From Lingula anatina (taxonomy: Eukaryota; Animalia; Brachiopoda), in NCBI GenBank assembly GCA_051362555.1, contig CM120645.1, positions 21,328,001-21,392,000 of the forward strand: a DNA stretch of 64,000 bases, written 5' to 3'. The notes under the pieces are model-generated. The model did not search any database. It was not told the origin of the DNA and worked only from the letters and a program-made list of their open reading frames with translations. How positions within the stretch are numbered: the first letter of the stretch is position 1; each line of letters opens with the position of its first letter. Positions 50,104 to 63,331 of this stretch are shown piece by piece. Position numbers and translations under genes: made by a program.

Positions 50104-52254
50104 GATCGATAAGAAACGAACTGAGTTCGACAGAGTGGCCGTCATGTTTCTAGATACATACTTGTAACGGATAGCACATTCCTACTACCGTATTTTTAAG
50201 CTCTTTGTCGTTTCAACTTTTAATACATGTTTTTAACAGTTTATTTTATTCTAACGTATGCAGAAGTTGATTTTTGTACCTAGATCGTTTTGTGAATTTT
50301 TGTATTTCATCATCTAATGGACAGTATTTGAGTTTTAACATATTTTATTATTGTTCATTCATTTCTTGTATTAAATATATTGGGAAAATGACTTTTGTTT
50401 TTCTCTTGTATTTCAACGAAGTTTTATTTCAAAAGATGCAATTTATACCCTATTCGATGCAACTATTTGACATGTCCTTTATGAATTTGCTTGTTCATAC
50501 GTATTGGGCTCCATGTAACATTTCTATCGTTTTTCCAATTCTTGAATGATAATAATTCAACTACTGTACAATTGAACACCTAAATTGGAACAACTTAAAA
50601 TTTTAAACCTGTTTAACAGCTACACAACCAAAATCAAAATTGACGTGGTATGGTAGACTACAATCATTTTCGTTTTGCCAACATACGAGATCAAATCGCT
50701 GCATATACCAGTTCACTAAAGATGCCATCGAATGGACCAGGTTATAGAGCCGTGACACGTAGACTAGGCGTTATCAAGATCTTTTTATATCGTAAGCAAG
50801 CTTCATTAAAATGCCCTCTATTCACCCGACCAAAAGTGTGTGCATTAATGTGCATTATAAACAAGGTGAAAGTGCATGTCTGTATTCAAAATGGGATTGT
50901 ATCGATTTTCACATATTGTTTAGTATGTAAAAGAACATCTAAAACACAATCACACAGGGGACTTCGGAACATTATGATTTTTCCTTATCTGCGCAGATAA
51001 TACCGAAATAAAAGTTGTCATGTTATGTGATGATGCCGTCGCATCAAATATACATTGGGCGAATTGTCTAATTCAAGTTGGGGACGTAACAGCAACGTTT
51101 TTGGTGAAGTCATGTCTCTCTCAAGCATACTACCCTCACCAGAAAAGCTACCAGTGGCGCTTAAACGCTTATTTTATTACAACACAGTTATAAAAGGCTC
51201 TTAAAACATAAACAAAAAATGTTAACAACAAACGCTGGCACCATGTTGTAATTCACTCCCTTGTTGTCGATCATGCCTTGCAGGTCTTCGGTACAAGTAA
51301 CTGTTTCGTATATAAAGATTGAAAACTCCAACCGGGGATAAGCTGGGCATGATTTTACCCGTTTCATATACAATTCAAATAAGTTGCAGACAATCTATTT
51401 TATACTATTTTGTCCAAGTTACAAGTCATTAGCAGAAATAATGTTCAACAATGATTTAGGTATGCCTCCATAAAATGTTCACATGAATGACAAAGGTCTC
51501 CCCAAAATGTATGTAAAATATGTTTCCTACGCCTTGCAAATGAGGAACAAAAAAAACTTTTTTCATTGCTATAAATCCGTGCCCTTAACTGAATGACATA
51601 TATGTCATTTGTGACTGCGTGTTCTTTTATGGATGGCAAGAATGAAATTCTCAGTGATTGACGACTTTGAAACGAGCAATTAAAAGGGCATAAATAGAAA
51701 AAAAATAATAGACATTTAACAAATGAAATAAGTGATAGAAATATTACAAATAAAATAAGTGAGAGAGCTAAAGGTATCCTCAACAGGGCCACATTATTTA
51801 CTGATTTACATGAACAACGGAAGCTGAAAACGTCATTTAATACATATAAAGCATAAAAAGGAAGGCAATTTAGTGATACACAATTAAGGGGGAAAACAGT
51901 ACGACAACGTTGTCATCGTCTAATGGAACAGCTTATTGAATAAATTATGATTGATTGCCGCTGTCTGTATGATACCCGATAATGCGATGGCAGATCTGCA
52001 GCAGTCACGCGTCATTCCTTAACTTGCGAAGAACCCCCTTGTCCACCTTTTCCCGTCTACTAAAGTCATGACTGGCGAATATATACAAAACTAACCACAT
52101 CTGTCATCCTTCTGCCGTTCATAGTTCAGTAAAATTACCATTCTTGACCAACTTAGATTAGCAAAACAAAAAGAAGCAAAGATTTTTCCTCTCTACCTAC
52201 ATGTGTACCCCTGAACAAAATCTAGGATCCGCTAGAGTCACGAGTCCAATTTAG

Positions 52255-53160
52255 GATTCAGGGCTTCAATGAAGCAACAAGAAACCTCAGCGACAGTTGA
52301 TATCGTTGAAATCACTAGGACCTCAGTGACTGTTATTATCACGACTGATGGATTACTACTAGAGAGTGGGGCCACCGAGGCAGGCACGCCTTCGCTCATC
52401 AACCAAAGTGAGGTGCCTTATTTCATGATAACTTCTACAAATTCTCTTTCACAAATAATAAAAGTAAATTAGATTTAAAGTAAAAATTTGTAAGTCAGAA
52501 ACATACAAGCATATCAAACTGAATGTACCTTAGAGATAAGCAGAATTGGAATAACTAGGCAAACTGAAATCTATAATTTTTATTTTTTATTTGTATGATA
52601 GAACTGTTATCGATTTTCATTTTGCTCTAGATTTCTTCTGTGTGGAATGGATTTGTTTATACTTTGTATATTTATATTCAACAAAAATATCCATCTCAAT
52701 AAAAATGCATTATTTAAACGATCTTTGAACTTATCGTGGGGTAGGAGAGAGAAAATAAAAAAAAAATAAAAATAAATTTATTTATCCATAATTTTTTCAA
52801 AAGTTTAGATTAAAATTTAATCTTTGGTTTAGGTGATTTTGACAGTTACTCATGATCAGTTTATTTTTTTAATGTGCTTGTGTCTCATCTCAGTGCTTTT
52901 CTTTGGAAATAATGGGATGATGATAAAAACCTATCAGTGCTTACATTATGATTCTAAAATTATAACATTATGATTCTGGTTAATGATACGTAAAATAACG
53001 TTAATCATTAATATGCCAGGTCATGGTACATACTGATACACATTGTATATAGAGCTGCACTTTGTCAAATATAGTGAATATCATATTGTATCATAGAGGT
53101 CGGGCACGTTATCCAAGCATCCCCAAAGATAAAAAGTGATAGAAATTGCCCTAAAGAAAT
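52255..53160 (+). pseudogene. Truncated relic of a paralog of the PLAT-ShKT gene (stalk-exon end plus 3' flank; TM and tail exons missing)
   Basis: 52255-52510 (QQETSATVDIVEITRTS...EAGTPSLINQ|GTGAG) aligns with 62185-62460; 52620-53160 aligns with 63240-64000; no counterpart of 62673-63186. Confidence 0.75.
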
Positions 53161-54067
53161 AAATGATTAAGCGAGAGGGTCAAATTTGTTTAGCACATAT
53201 ATGTGCAGTGGAAGCCGAAAAGCTATCAAATATAAAACATAACAAAGGCAAGACGATAGTCGCACACAAAATGAAATATACTATAAACGAGACCGTTTAA
53301 TGCAATATTTATAATTACTACTACAGTATACAGCCCTGAAACACGCAGTAGCGTTCTTATGAGATATCCTTTCGCCTCCTTCTTCCTTATAAAAAGCAGC
53401 ATAACGAGCAAAGGGTGACAAAACCAATCATATCTTGTTAACCTGTGCCGTTCATATTTCAGTTAAATTATCATTGTTTTCCCGTACCCCCAGTTCCCAC
53501 TTCCCGCTGAGGAAAATATTGGATCTACCGGTGACATGATCTAGTCATTCGTTTAGCTAAAAAAATGCCGATAAGACTGTACTTGGCCTCACTGATTAGG
53601 CCTTAGTCACGTGGAAAGTCTGCACATTAAAGGAATAATAACTCTTCGTATGAGATCTTTATTTCACAATAAAAACATTGTGAACAACTCATAGAAATAA
53701 AATATATTCTGTTGTACCACACAAACGGCGGTTATAGCTATAATTCTGATATCTGAGCTTGCCTTTAGACCACGTGACCCCCATTGATGGCTAAACTCTA
53801 TTATCTCTTAAGTCGTTCTTAAGAGATTAAAACAAAACAAAAAAAAAAACTTTTTAGAAAAAAAAAAACAGGGACTAACTTTGAATGTAGAAATGGATTC
53901 ATTAACCATTGGTAAGTATGGGAAAATTGTTGTTTACTCCAGGAAAATTCATTTTTTGGCCAAAACGACGAGTTATTATCCCTTTAATTGAACCCGGATG
54001 AAACCATTTCTTAAGACTTAGCACAATGATATAACTGAACCTGGGCTTGGTATGAAGAATCGCCTAA

Positions 54068-57000
54068 ATGATGTTGTGTTATAGGGTATTTCTGCTTGTA
54101 TGTCTGGCGGTGGCACAAGTTATAGGTATGTCAAGATTGTACGCAGGTATTTGATACAGAGGGAGATTTTCTTAATTACGATATGTATTAGTACATGTGT
54201 AATTCTGTTGAGAATTGTACTAAGTTCTGTTTGTCTGCCATAGGGAATCCATTGGTTCCTCTGTATTAATCATGATAAGAGTAATGATGGTGAGACCCTT
54301 ACTGACCAAAATGTCTCACAATAGAAGACTGGATATTTTCATCAATCAATGACAAACTTTTAATAAAGTCAAAAAAATTAGTCTGCACTCAAAAATAACA
54401 ATGATAAAAATATTCCATATTAAGTGTTAACCCTGAATAGAGGTCATTCACCTGGATAGCAATCGAAATATAAGAGGAAAACACTATTTCAGCATTAAGC
54501 TGTTGAATGAAGAAAAATTACTTCGTTCTTATAACAAAACAAAGCTGATGAAATTCTACTCTGGGTGACATCCTTTGTTTTCATCAATTGTTTATTCATT
54601 TGTTTTTTTAAGTTCACCATGATGTGACATTTAGAGGGGCACGAGCAGATAAGACTATACCCGCATGTAGCAATTTTAACACTGTGACATGTTGTAATAA
54701 GTACCTCATTAATTAACATGAATTTAAGTACCACTATCGGTGTTTCATCGTCACTGTTGGTTCAAATACCGACAACAATACTTTATTAAATATGGCCTAC
54801 ATTTCAAGTTCTCGTACCCGCGTACGCTTGTGACTATCACTCGTAGTGTATTTTAATACATTAAAATGGGCATATAAAAACAATCAGGGTTACGCTGATC
54901 AGAAGTATAGGTTTACGTAACCAATTGTTCTGACTCGCGCTCCGGTGCACTTCCGGAAAAACTGCAAGGAAATGGAACCAAAACATTTGACAGGGAAAAA
55001 AGGTAATGTAACCACTCGAGTAACGTTATATAATAAATAGTGTTTCTACGTCATTCTCCTTAAACGCTGAAAACCAAAAAGGCAGCATCAGGATTTTACT
55101 GCTCTCTGTGTGTGGGTGTGTCGCGGGAGCGGGGGGGTGGGGGGGGGGGGGGTGGGGGTGGGGGGTAATGCATGACACAGTAGACGAGGATACTTTTAAT
55201 TTGATATGTAAGACAAAGAAATTAATAATATGCTTGGTTTTGTCTTGTTTAGCTAATTATGTCTGTTTTTGAAAGAAAGGGTGGGGGTTATATGCATGAG
55301 ACACTAGACGAGGATAATTTCAATTTGATATCTAAGACAAAGAAATGACTAATATGCTTGGTTTTGTCTTGTTTAGCTAATTATGGCTGTTTTTGAAAGA
55401 AGGGGGGGGGGGGTAAATGCATGAAACAGTAGACGAGGATAATTTCAATTTGATATCTAAGACAAAGAAATGAATAACATGCTTGGTTTTGTCTTGTTTA
55501 GCTAAATATGTCTGTTTTTGAAAGAAAGGGTGGGGGTTATATGCATGAGACACTAGACGAGGATAATTTCAATTTGATATCTAAGACAAAGAAATGACTT
55601 ATATGCTTGGTTTTGTCTTATTTAGCTAATTATGTCTGTTTTTGAAAGAAAAGGAAGGAGAGGGGGCGTGTCTTTGTGCCTCCTGGCTTCAGCGTTGATT
55701 GGATGCACTCTTCGTGTAGATACATTGCTTCCTGGCAAAGCATTAAAGGAAGTTTTGGTGATAAAGATACTTACATAACACAGAGACCTAATTTTTACTG
55801 AAATGTCCCCATTTTTTGCATAAATACCAACGCATACCCTCTACCAGGGCCAAACATTGATTTGTGTACTAGATATTCAAAGATATGTATCCGGTTAAAT
55901 ATACACACATTTTATTAGAATTTATAATGACTAAACCACTAAGCAAACCTGACACAAAATTGAGAAAACTAACATTTTTGAGATCGCTTTATACATTAAA
56001 CTTTTTATATGCAGGAGACCAAACATATACAATACGCGTAAAGACTGGAGATAACTTTGGTGCAGGAACAGACGGAGATGTCTTGGTCACTTTATACGGG
56101 ACACAAGGGGAATCCAGTGAACAGGAACTGGACACTTTCATCAATGACTTTGAAACAGGCAGGTAGTATACAGTTCTTAGACAATTCTTTAATGTTTTTC
56201 TTGTATAAATGCTTGTTTATAAATTTATTTTTGTGATCTCGTGATGAAAAGCAGAAAAAACCCTGAAAGCTTTGAATTATATTTAATGTAATATGTATCA
56301 TAAGTATTTTTTTCAGTATAGCACAAATTTCATGCCTGACGCATAGTAAACAGAGGTTTAGTTAAACTGCAAAGAAGTTGAGGAAGCGTTTATTAAAAGT
56401 ATAACAAAAATGGAAGTAATCATTAGATAGCACACATTCACGTATAGTCTGTCTATAGAATTTACGTTATGTCCCGGCGAACACAATGATTCATAGAATA
56501 TTTTTTTTATTTTCATTTTTTCTTGTAGAACAACAGTAAATAAACTAATATACTGTACAGCATTGGTCAAAAAGGTTGTCCCACCTCATTTCTATGTACT
56601 TTTATTTACAAATGATCACCTCACAGCTGTAAATTGTTAGAAATAGTGCTTTTTATTACAGATACCGTGTCTAACATGATTAATGGTTTAAAAAAATACA
56701 AAATAGTCGTGAAAATATACATATTTTATACCATTTAGTCAAATTTATAAGAGGTACCCCCTCAAATCCACTGTTTCACTGTGACTTCTGCAGATGTAAA
56801 GAAATGTCAATAAAATTGAAAAGACGCCATCAAATGTCCCCAAATTCACAGACAATTAGCATTAGGGTGTGCTCGTTAAAGATCACGTGCCTAACAGCGT
56901 GTGCGTCTACCGCGTACTGCAATTATCTCCTGTAGACAAGCCTTCAACATGGGTAACAATTCTGTTATGTGGGATATTGTCCCATCCATCCTAAAGAGCG

Positions 57001-58213
57001 TGGCGGATTTGGTCAAGATTATTTGGGAATTGGTTCTCCTCTGCAGTGCATATTCCAATTCATGCCACAGGTGTTCAGTAGGATTAATATCAGGACCCAA
57101 AGACTGTTGGCCAATCCTCAGACCCCTGTGTTTCTGCAACAAATCGTTTGCCAGACGAGAGCTGTGAGCAAGTGCGTTGTCACAATGAAGCCAGTAGCAT
57201 CCCTGAGGTCACCTCTTGCAAATGGAGTGAGATTTCTGTTGAGAATGTTACATTAAAATGCCCCTGTTACGTTTTGTTCCAAAAGGAACACTGTACTAAT
57301 ACCATGGGCTTGGAATGTTCTCCAAATGCGGACTGATCTAACACCTCAGGCGATATTATCCTACACACACCCTTCCAAGAGGCATTTTTTAACATGTCTA
57401 TGGACCCTCTTTGACCATCGATGGGATACAAGAAATAATTTGATTCTGCATCAAAATAGACTTCCTTCCAGTGATGGATGGCCAGGTTCAGGTGCCTGTG
57501 GGATCACTGTACGTAGCATTCTCAGCTGATATCTCATTCCATCTTCAAGAACTGACTTTGGGGTTAATTCCAGGCTTTATCATGACTGCACACTTGCTCA
57601 CACCTCTCGCCTGGCAAGTGTTTGTGGAAAAACACAATGCTCTAAGGATGGAACCACCATCTTTGAGCCCTGATATTAAACTTACTAATCAACTGTGACA
57701 TGAATTGGAGTGTGCAATGCAAAGGAGAACCAACCCCATAAAAACGTGGACCAACTCCCCCAACTTGTTTTAAAAAGAATGGGACAATATTCCACAAAAC
57801 AGAATTGTTACCCGTGTTGAAGGCTTGTCGCGCCGTCTACAGGGGATAATTGCAGTACGCGGTAGACGCACACGCTGTTAGGCACGTGATCTTTAACGAG
57901 CACACCCTAATGCTAATTGTCTGTGAATTTGGGGACATTTGATGGCGTCTTTTCAATTTTATAGACATTTCTTTACATCTGTAGAAGTCACAGTGAAACA
58001 GTGGATTTGAGGGGGTACCTCTTATAAATTTGACTAAATGGTATAAAATATGTATATTTTTACCTCTATTTTGTATTTTTTTAAACCATTAATCATGTTA
58101 GACACGGTATCTGTAATAAAAAGCACTATTTCTAACAATTTACAGCTGTGAGGTGATCATTTGTAATTAAAAGTAAAAATTAAATGGGGGTGGGACAACC
58201 TTTTTGACCAATG

Positions 58214-58300
<87 letters not shown>

Positions 58301-61300
58301 GTGGAACTGAAATTAAATTTTGTTCATTGCAGTATAGGAGTTTATAACCTGACAACCAAGAAAACACTTGGTGATGTGCGCTGCATACGAGTTAATTTTA
58401 AACACCGTGCACTGTTCGATGATTGGAAGCTGGTAAAAGTAAGTTTGATGAAAATTAAAATATTTTTGCATTGCTATGGTACAAGTTACCCATTATACCT
58501 GTTAATATGATTATAAAACGGATTCTTATACTTAGAATCGTTACCGGCGTAAAAATGACATTTTGCTTTTGAGGATAAACAGGTTCACGCTAATCTTTTC
58601 TCTTTTCAATTTGTTTTATTCGTTCAATTCCGTGACAGGGTAACATTCGCAGAGATGAGGGGCAAATATATTTTTGTGATATAAATTCAGCTGGGGTATT
58701 GGTAACAATTATAATGTGAAATATGTGTAATTTCTTTGTCTGTTATCAATTTTAATATGTGTGCTTTGTTTTGTTCCATTGATTTTATTGTTTTGTTTTG
58801 AAATGTGCCATTTTTTCGTTTGTTGGTCGGTAGGAGCCTTCATAAGGAATGTTACGACAAATCTTTTGATACGGGCACATCCCTTAAAAATCATATTTTT
58901 TAAAATAAAACTTTAAGAAAAATAAATCACATCGGGTGATGTGAATCTGTCAGGGAAAACACCTAGACATGTCACCCTTGTCAGACAAAAGCGTCAGAGC
59001 TCAAGATAATGAAAAAAGTCATAAAATATATGTGGAATCATTTCCTTCTTTTTAAATACAGACTTGACAATTTAATATGAAATATTTCAGTTTCAAAAAA
59101 AAAAAAAAAAAAAAAAAAAAATCAGACCTCATATAAGACGTGAATGGAGAAATGTGTAGTCAGGTGTGTCTCTACCAATTACCTGACTACCATGTCTGTT
59201 GCACTGCTGCGCTGTGTAATATATAGTGATCTAATTGGGTAGTGCTCCTTTAGGCTGGTGAAAGCTTGGCTTTGGGGAAGCATGGTTCTGTCAAAAAAGT
59301 ATCCATATGTCGGCAACTACCACAAAGAAGAATTTGAAAATTTGCATACATGCTGTCGGTTTAGTAGTGCGTAAAACGAGTAAAGTAGTGTTTTACAAGA
59401 CTGTCAATCTGTGCCAGAACAGCGCAAAAAGTCAGACATTGCCATGCAGGTTATTCTGTCACACGGAACGGTCCGCAAAGTTTTATAGAGTTATGCTCAA
59501 ACTGATGTCCCTACACAGAGGCCACACCCAATGTAATCGAGATCTAACCACCAGGGTACAGGCCTCACTGTCCTAACTGATATACTGCTGCAACTACACA
59601 AACCCTACCAATTCCGTTCGGTAAATAGGGCAAATTACCACCAGAACGCGTTTTTGAAGGCCCTTATTGAACACTAGACAGATTTAGCAGGTTAGAACAC
59701 CAGACGACCTCTGAGGAAGCCATTGTAAACAGCAAAACATCGTCGTCTTTTTCTCTTATGAATTGGGACCGTGACCGTTTCTGGGTAGAACACTGAAACC
59801 ACGTTGCTTTCTTTACTGAGGTCAAATTTCACCTGTACACCTAAAGTAGTCAGTTTGGAGTTTACGGACATCCTGAAGAGGCCTGCGACGAAGCGTGGCG
59901 CGTGGACTGAGGTCATTGACAGCGTCAGTATTTGGAGTGAGTATCACATTGGTGCCAAAACACCAATGGTCGTCATCCATGAACACTTGAACCCCGTCAA
60001 ATACAGGAATAATCTGGGAACCGCTAGACTACCAATTGATAGGGGGCACCTTAGGAACAATTTTAGGCTTATTATCTAAACACTGTTTTTACAGTGTGTG
60101 AAAAATAACCTTGATAATATTTAAAATGATCATAGTCGTGATTTTGCCATTACATATTTCAGATAAGTGTCGAAGGAGCAGGAGTGACAGTCACATTTGA
60201 CTACAACGGCTGGCTCAGAGATAACAAAACACTTGACATATTCAACGGCAAGTTTACGCTAATATAACATTTTTAGCTATTGAACTTCAGGTTTCATGAT
60301 TATGAAGACACGAAATTAATGATTACTAAATTAACGATATATACTTCATGACTGATCGGTATTTCTATGCAACTTGAGCCTGCATGCGTATGGTATTATC
60401 ATAGACATAGCATACATTTCCTAAAAAACCCAACGGTTGAATATAAAGACTAACACTTTGCATAGTTAGGATGGTGGGTACATGTTTTTAGCAACACTTA
60501 GGATAGAAGCTGACTGGTAGGTAATAAGGGGAACTGATTTTAATGAAAGGACAAAATAGAAAATACGATAGATGTGATACAAGCAATGACCTGTTTAAAT
60601 AGGACATAAAACATAACGTGTGTCATATGACTAACCAAATAATAAAAATAAGAATTTCTATTGACTAAAATAGAAAAATTCAGACCCACTGCTGAGATTT
60701 TATACCGCGCGACCTGCCATACAATATAGGATTAAGGTTTATAACTGTTTAATTTAAATGCTGTTATTATGTATTTTATTTTATTTTCATATACATTTTA
60801 TTGCCTCAGAATTTCTGTTAACAATTACTCTCTTTAATGATTTTATGTCAAATGTAAACGAAAGATGAGAATAAATAAATAAATATAATCTTTCGAGAGA
60901 TGCAACTTGTATTTGTATGCTATATAAGTGTTAGAATGAAAAAAGGAGTATCTCAAAACAACAACAGGTATATGTGTACTCGAAGGAAATTTAGCTATGA
61001 TTTTCATTGAAATACTGTAATATAGCATTGTCAACAACAGCTGGTGAAAAACATATAGAGGCCATTCAGAATGAGAAGAGGCGATTGCTAGCTAGGCCAA
61101 ATATGGCGGAAATATGGCGGACCTCCTGTAATGGTCTCTCCGCCTCTCGCAAGCCTCCCCACGCGTCGTCCCTGCAGGGGCACAGTAATTAAATCTCAGC
61201 TCAATTCAACCGGTCGAGGAACAACGCGTGGGAGTCGTGTGAGAGGCGGAGAGATCATTACAGGATTAAGCGGTCTTCCTTTCATGTAGGTACGCCATAT

Positions 61301-63186
61301 TTAGGTCATGGCCTAGCTAGCACTCGGTTCTTCTCATTCTGAATGACCTCATATTGTTCAAAGTTACTGGGGTATCTATATTTGATTTCCGTTTTAACAA
61401 TTATAAGAAAGTTTATCATTATGTCTATAGCAAGAAAAACCCAGCTCCATGATACAATTAATACTTTAGCCAAAGGCTAACTTTGAGAGTAAGTTGTATA
61501 ATTCCTAACTCCTAATGCAGACCTATGTAGGGTTAGAAGTACACGTATATCCTTATATGATTTACTTTTACTTAAAAGGTGACGGAGGGTGCAAGGACAA
61601 CTCCTGTGATTGTTTAAGAGTGGTCCGTGGTGGAGGATATTGTTATACACAATCATATATTGACCTTTGTCCATGGTCCTGTTTCAGCTGTAGCAGTAAG
61701 TGGAATAATGCTGTAGATTGTTTTCACATATTGTACACGGCTAACAAAAAGTATAACGATTCCGGAAGATCTATGCATTTATTATGAAATGTTATGATAT
61801 GAAATCATTGACACTATTGAACTGAATTAAGTTGAGAATGTATACTATCAGGTAGATCACATTAAACATTAAATTACATGCCAGTGACATTTTTGCTTAA
61901 AAATGAGCAGGGATTGATGTGGCTTGCGGGTTATTGTGAACAATCTATATAGAAACACATCATCTATCGATGACTCAATTCAACAGAATACTATTATTTT
62001 AGCTACAACGACAACAACGACAACAACGGCAACTATTCCAACGACAGCTACGTATACTGTTCACTCAGATAAATCATCCTTCCCAACGACAACTACTGTA
62101 CCATCTATTTCGTCATGGCAGCCGAATGTGAAAGTTATCGAAGCACACACAGCGTCTGTTATATCGATACACGAGACATCACCGTTCAGGGCTTCAAAGG
62201 CCCAACAAGAAACCTCAGCCACAGCTGACATCGTGGACATCACTCGGGCCTCAATACCTGAAACAACTGTTGGATTACTAAAAGAGAGTAGGTCTATAGA
62301 GGCAGGCAAGCCTTCCCTCATCAACCAAAGTGAGTTCTTTCCAAACCACCATATTTCATGATAAATTCTACATAGTCTTTCTCTTTCACAAATAATAATA
62401 GTGAATAAGATTTAAAATAAAAGGATATTTTTTGTTTCCTTACGAGAAACATACAAGTATTAATTCAAATATACAGATGATAACTGAAATTGCGAGTAAA
62501 ATAGAATCTTTAAAATAGAAGTTTCATTTTTTATGATAAAAATATCGCCACTTTTCATATTTCTCTATCTTTCAACCGCCCCCATCTCTCTTTCTTCAAT
62601 GCCCCATTCATTCTATCTCAGCACGTTTTCAGTTTTTTTATATCATTTAAATGATATCCTAATTTGTTTCAGGTTTTGGTCTGGGCTTTGGTGTAGGTGG
62701 CGCGTCAGTCTTGAGCATTGTTGGTGCTGCTGCTGCTTTTATGTCCTGTTACAAGAGAAGGTATGTATTTCAAAGTCATATAGATGCTTTAGTTATAACT
62801 AATATTCATCCATAACTTCATTTTTGCAATTGGCCAGTGATGTCACTAAAAAAAACCTAGCATTATCATTTCTGGCACTTACCTAGGGCTGAATTGTAAA
62901 AAAAGCGCCATTGAAACGTGTTCATGTTTTCATCAAGTTTTTATTTATTAATTAATTTATTTATTTATTTATTTTTTGAAATGTTGAAACAAAAACCAAT
63001 AACAAATTCGTCTGGCAGATGCTTCATTTCTGTTTCAGAAGGAAGGGCACCAAAGAGAAGACCTCTGTTCATACGCCACTTGAAAAAGACGCAGACGAGA
63101 AGGACCACGTGTATGAACTTAACATAACGCCAGGCATTGTGGAGGAACCATACACTCAGTTAAATGTCGAACTTAGCAGGCATTAA
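54068..63186 (+). CDS. ~358-aa type-I membrane protein: SP, PLAT/LH2 domain, ShKT-like domain, Ser/Thr stalk, TM, Tyr-motif tail
   Basis: Exons 54068-54125 (MMLCYRVFLLVCLAVAQVIG), 56015-56162 (YTIRVKTGDNFGAGTDGDVLVTLYGTQGES...NDFETG), 58333-58438 (LGDVRCIRV...DDWKLVK), 60163-60247 (VTFDYNGWL; GC donor), 61579-61695 (CKDNSCDC...YC...LCPWSCFSC), 62003-62329, 62673-62760 (FGLGFGVGGASVLSIVGAAAAFMSCY-KRR), 63039-63186; 1077 nt in frame. The PLAT part is strong; the join through the GC donor is inferred. Confidence 0.72.
55168..55652. repeat. Intronic minisatellite, ~124-bp unit x4 with ABAB pattern
   Basis: Units start at ~55168, 55292, 55417, 55541 (ATGCATGA.ACA.TAGACGAGGATA...GAAAGAA), each preceded by a G-run. 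Confidence 0.92.
56558..58216. mobile_element. Tc1-derived foldback element with ~550-bp inverted arms
   Basis: TA-CAGCATTGGTCAAAAAGGTTGTCCCACC / GGTGGGACAACCTTTTTGACCAATGCT-A; arms near-identical for ~380 bp; both arms encode Tc1 transposase C-terminal relics (SLGPDINPTEHLWHELE...IIAVRGRRTRC; PPSLSPDIKL). Confidence 0.88.
58215..58297. repeat. (TA)n microsatellite at the Tc1 target site
   Basis: Direct reading; abuts the right TIR. Confidence 0.95.
59059..60068 (+). mobile_element. Truncated second copy (opposite orientation) of the Tc1-like element at 6432-8092
   Basis: Starts TA-CAGACTTGACAATTTAATATGAAATATTTCAG; body is the reverse complement of ~7057-8092; peptide SVSIWSEYHIGAKTPMVVIHEHLNPVKYRN resembles the Tc1 segment SVMVWG...TxLVVIxGNLNAxRYR. 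Confidence 0.82.
61058..61350. mobile_element. MITE with nested inverted repeats, ATA flanks
   Basis: GAGGCCATTCAGAATGAGAAGA / TCTTCTCATTCTGAATGACCTC termini; internal IR CCTGTAATGGTCTCTCCGCCTCTC / GAGAGGCGGAGAGATCATTACAGG. Confidence 0.75.
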
Positions 63187-63295
63187 GTTATACACAACTC
63201 AGAAAATGGGAAGAAAAACAGACATTGCTTGTAGCTATGTGCTCTTAGATCTAAATTTGAATGAATCTGTTTAAACTGTGTATGTTTTTTATTCA

Positions 63296-63331
<36 letters not shown>

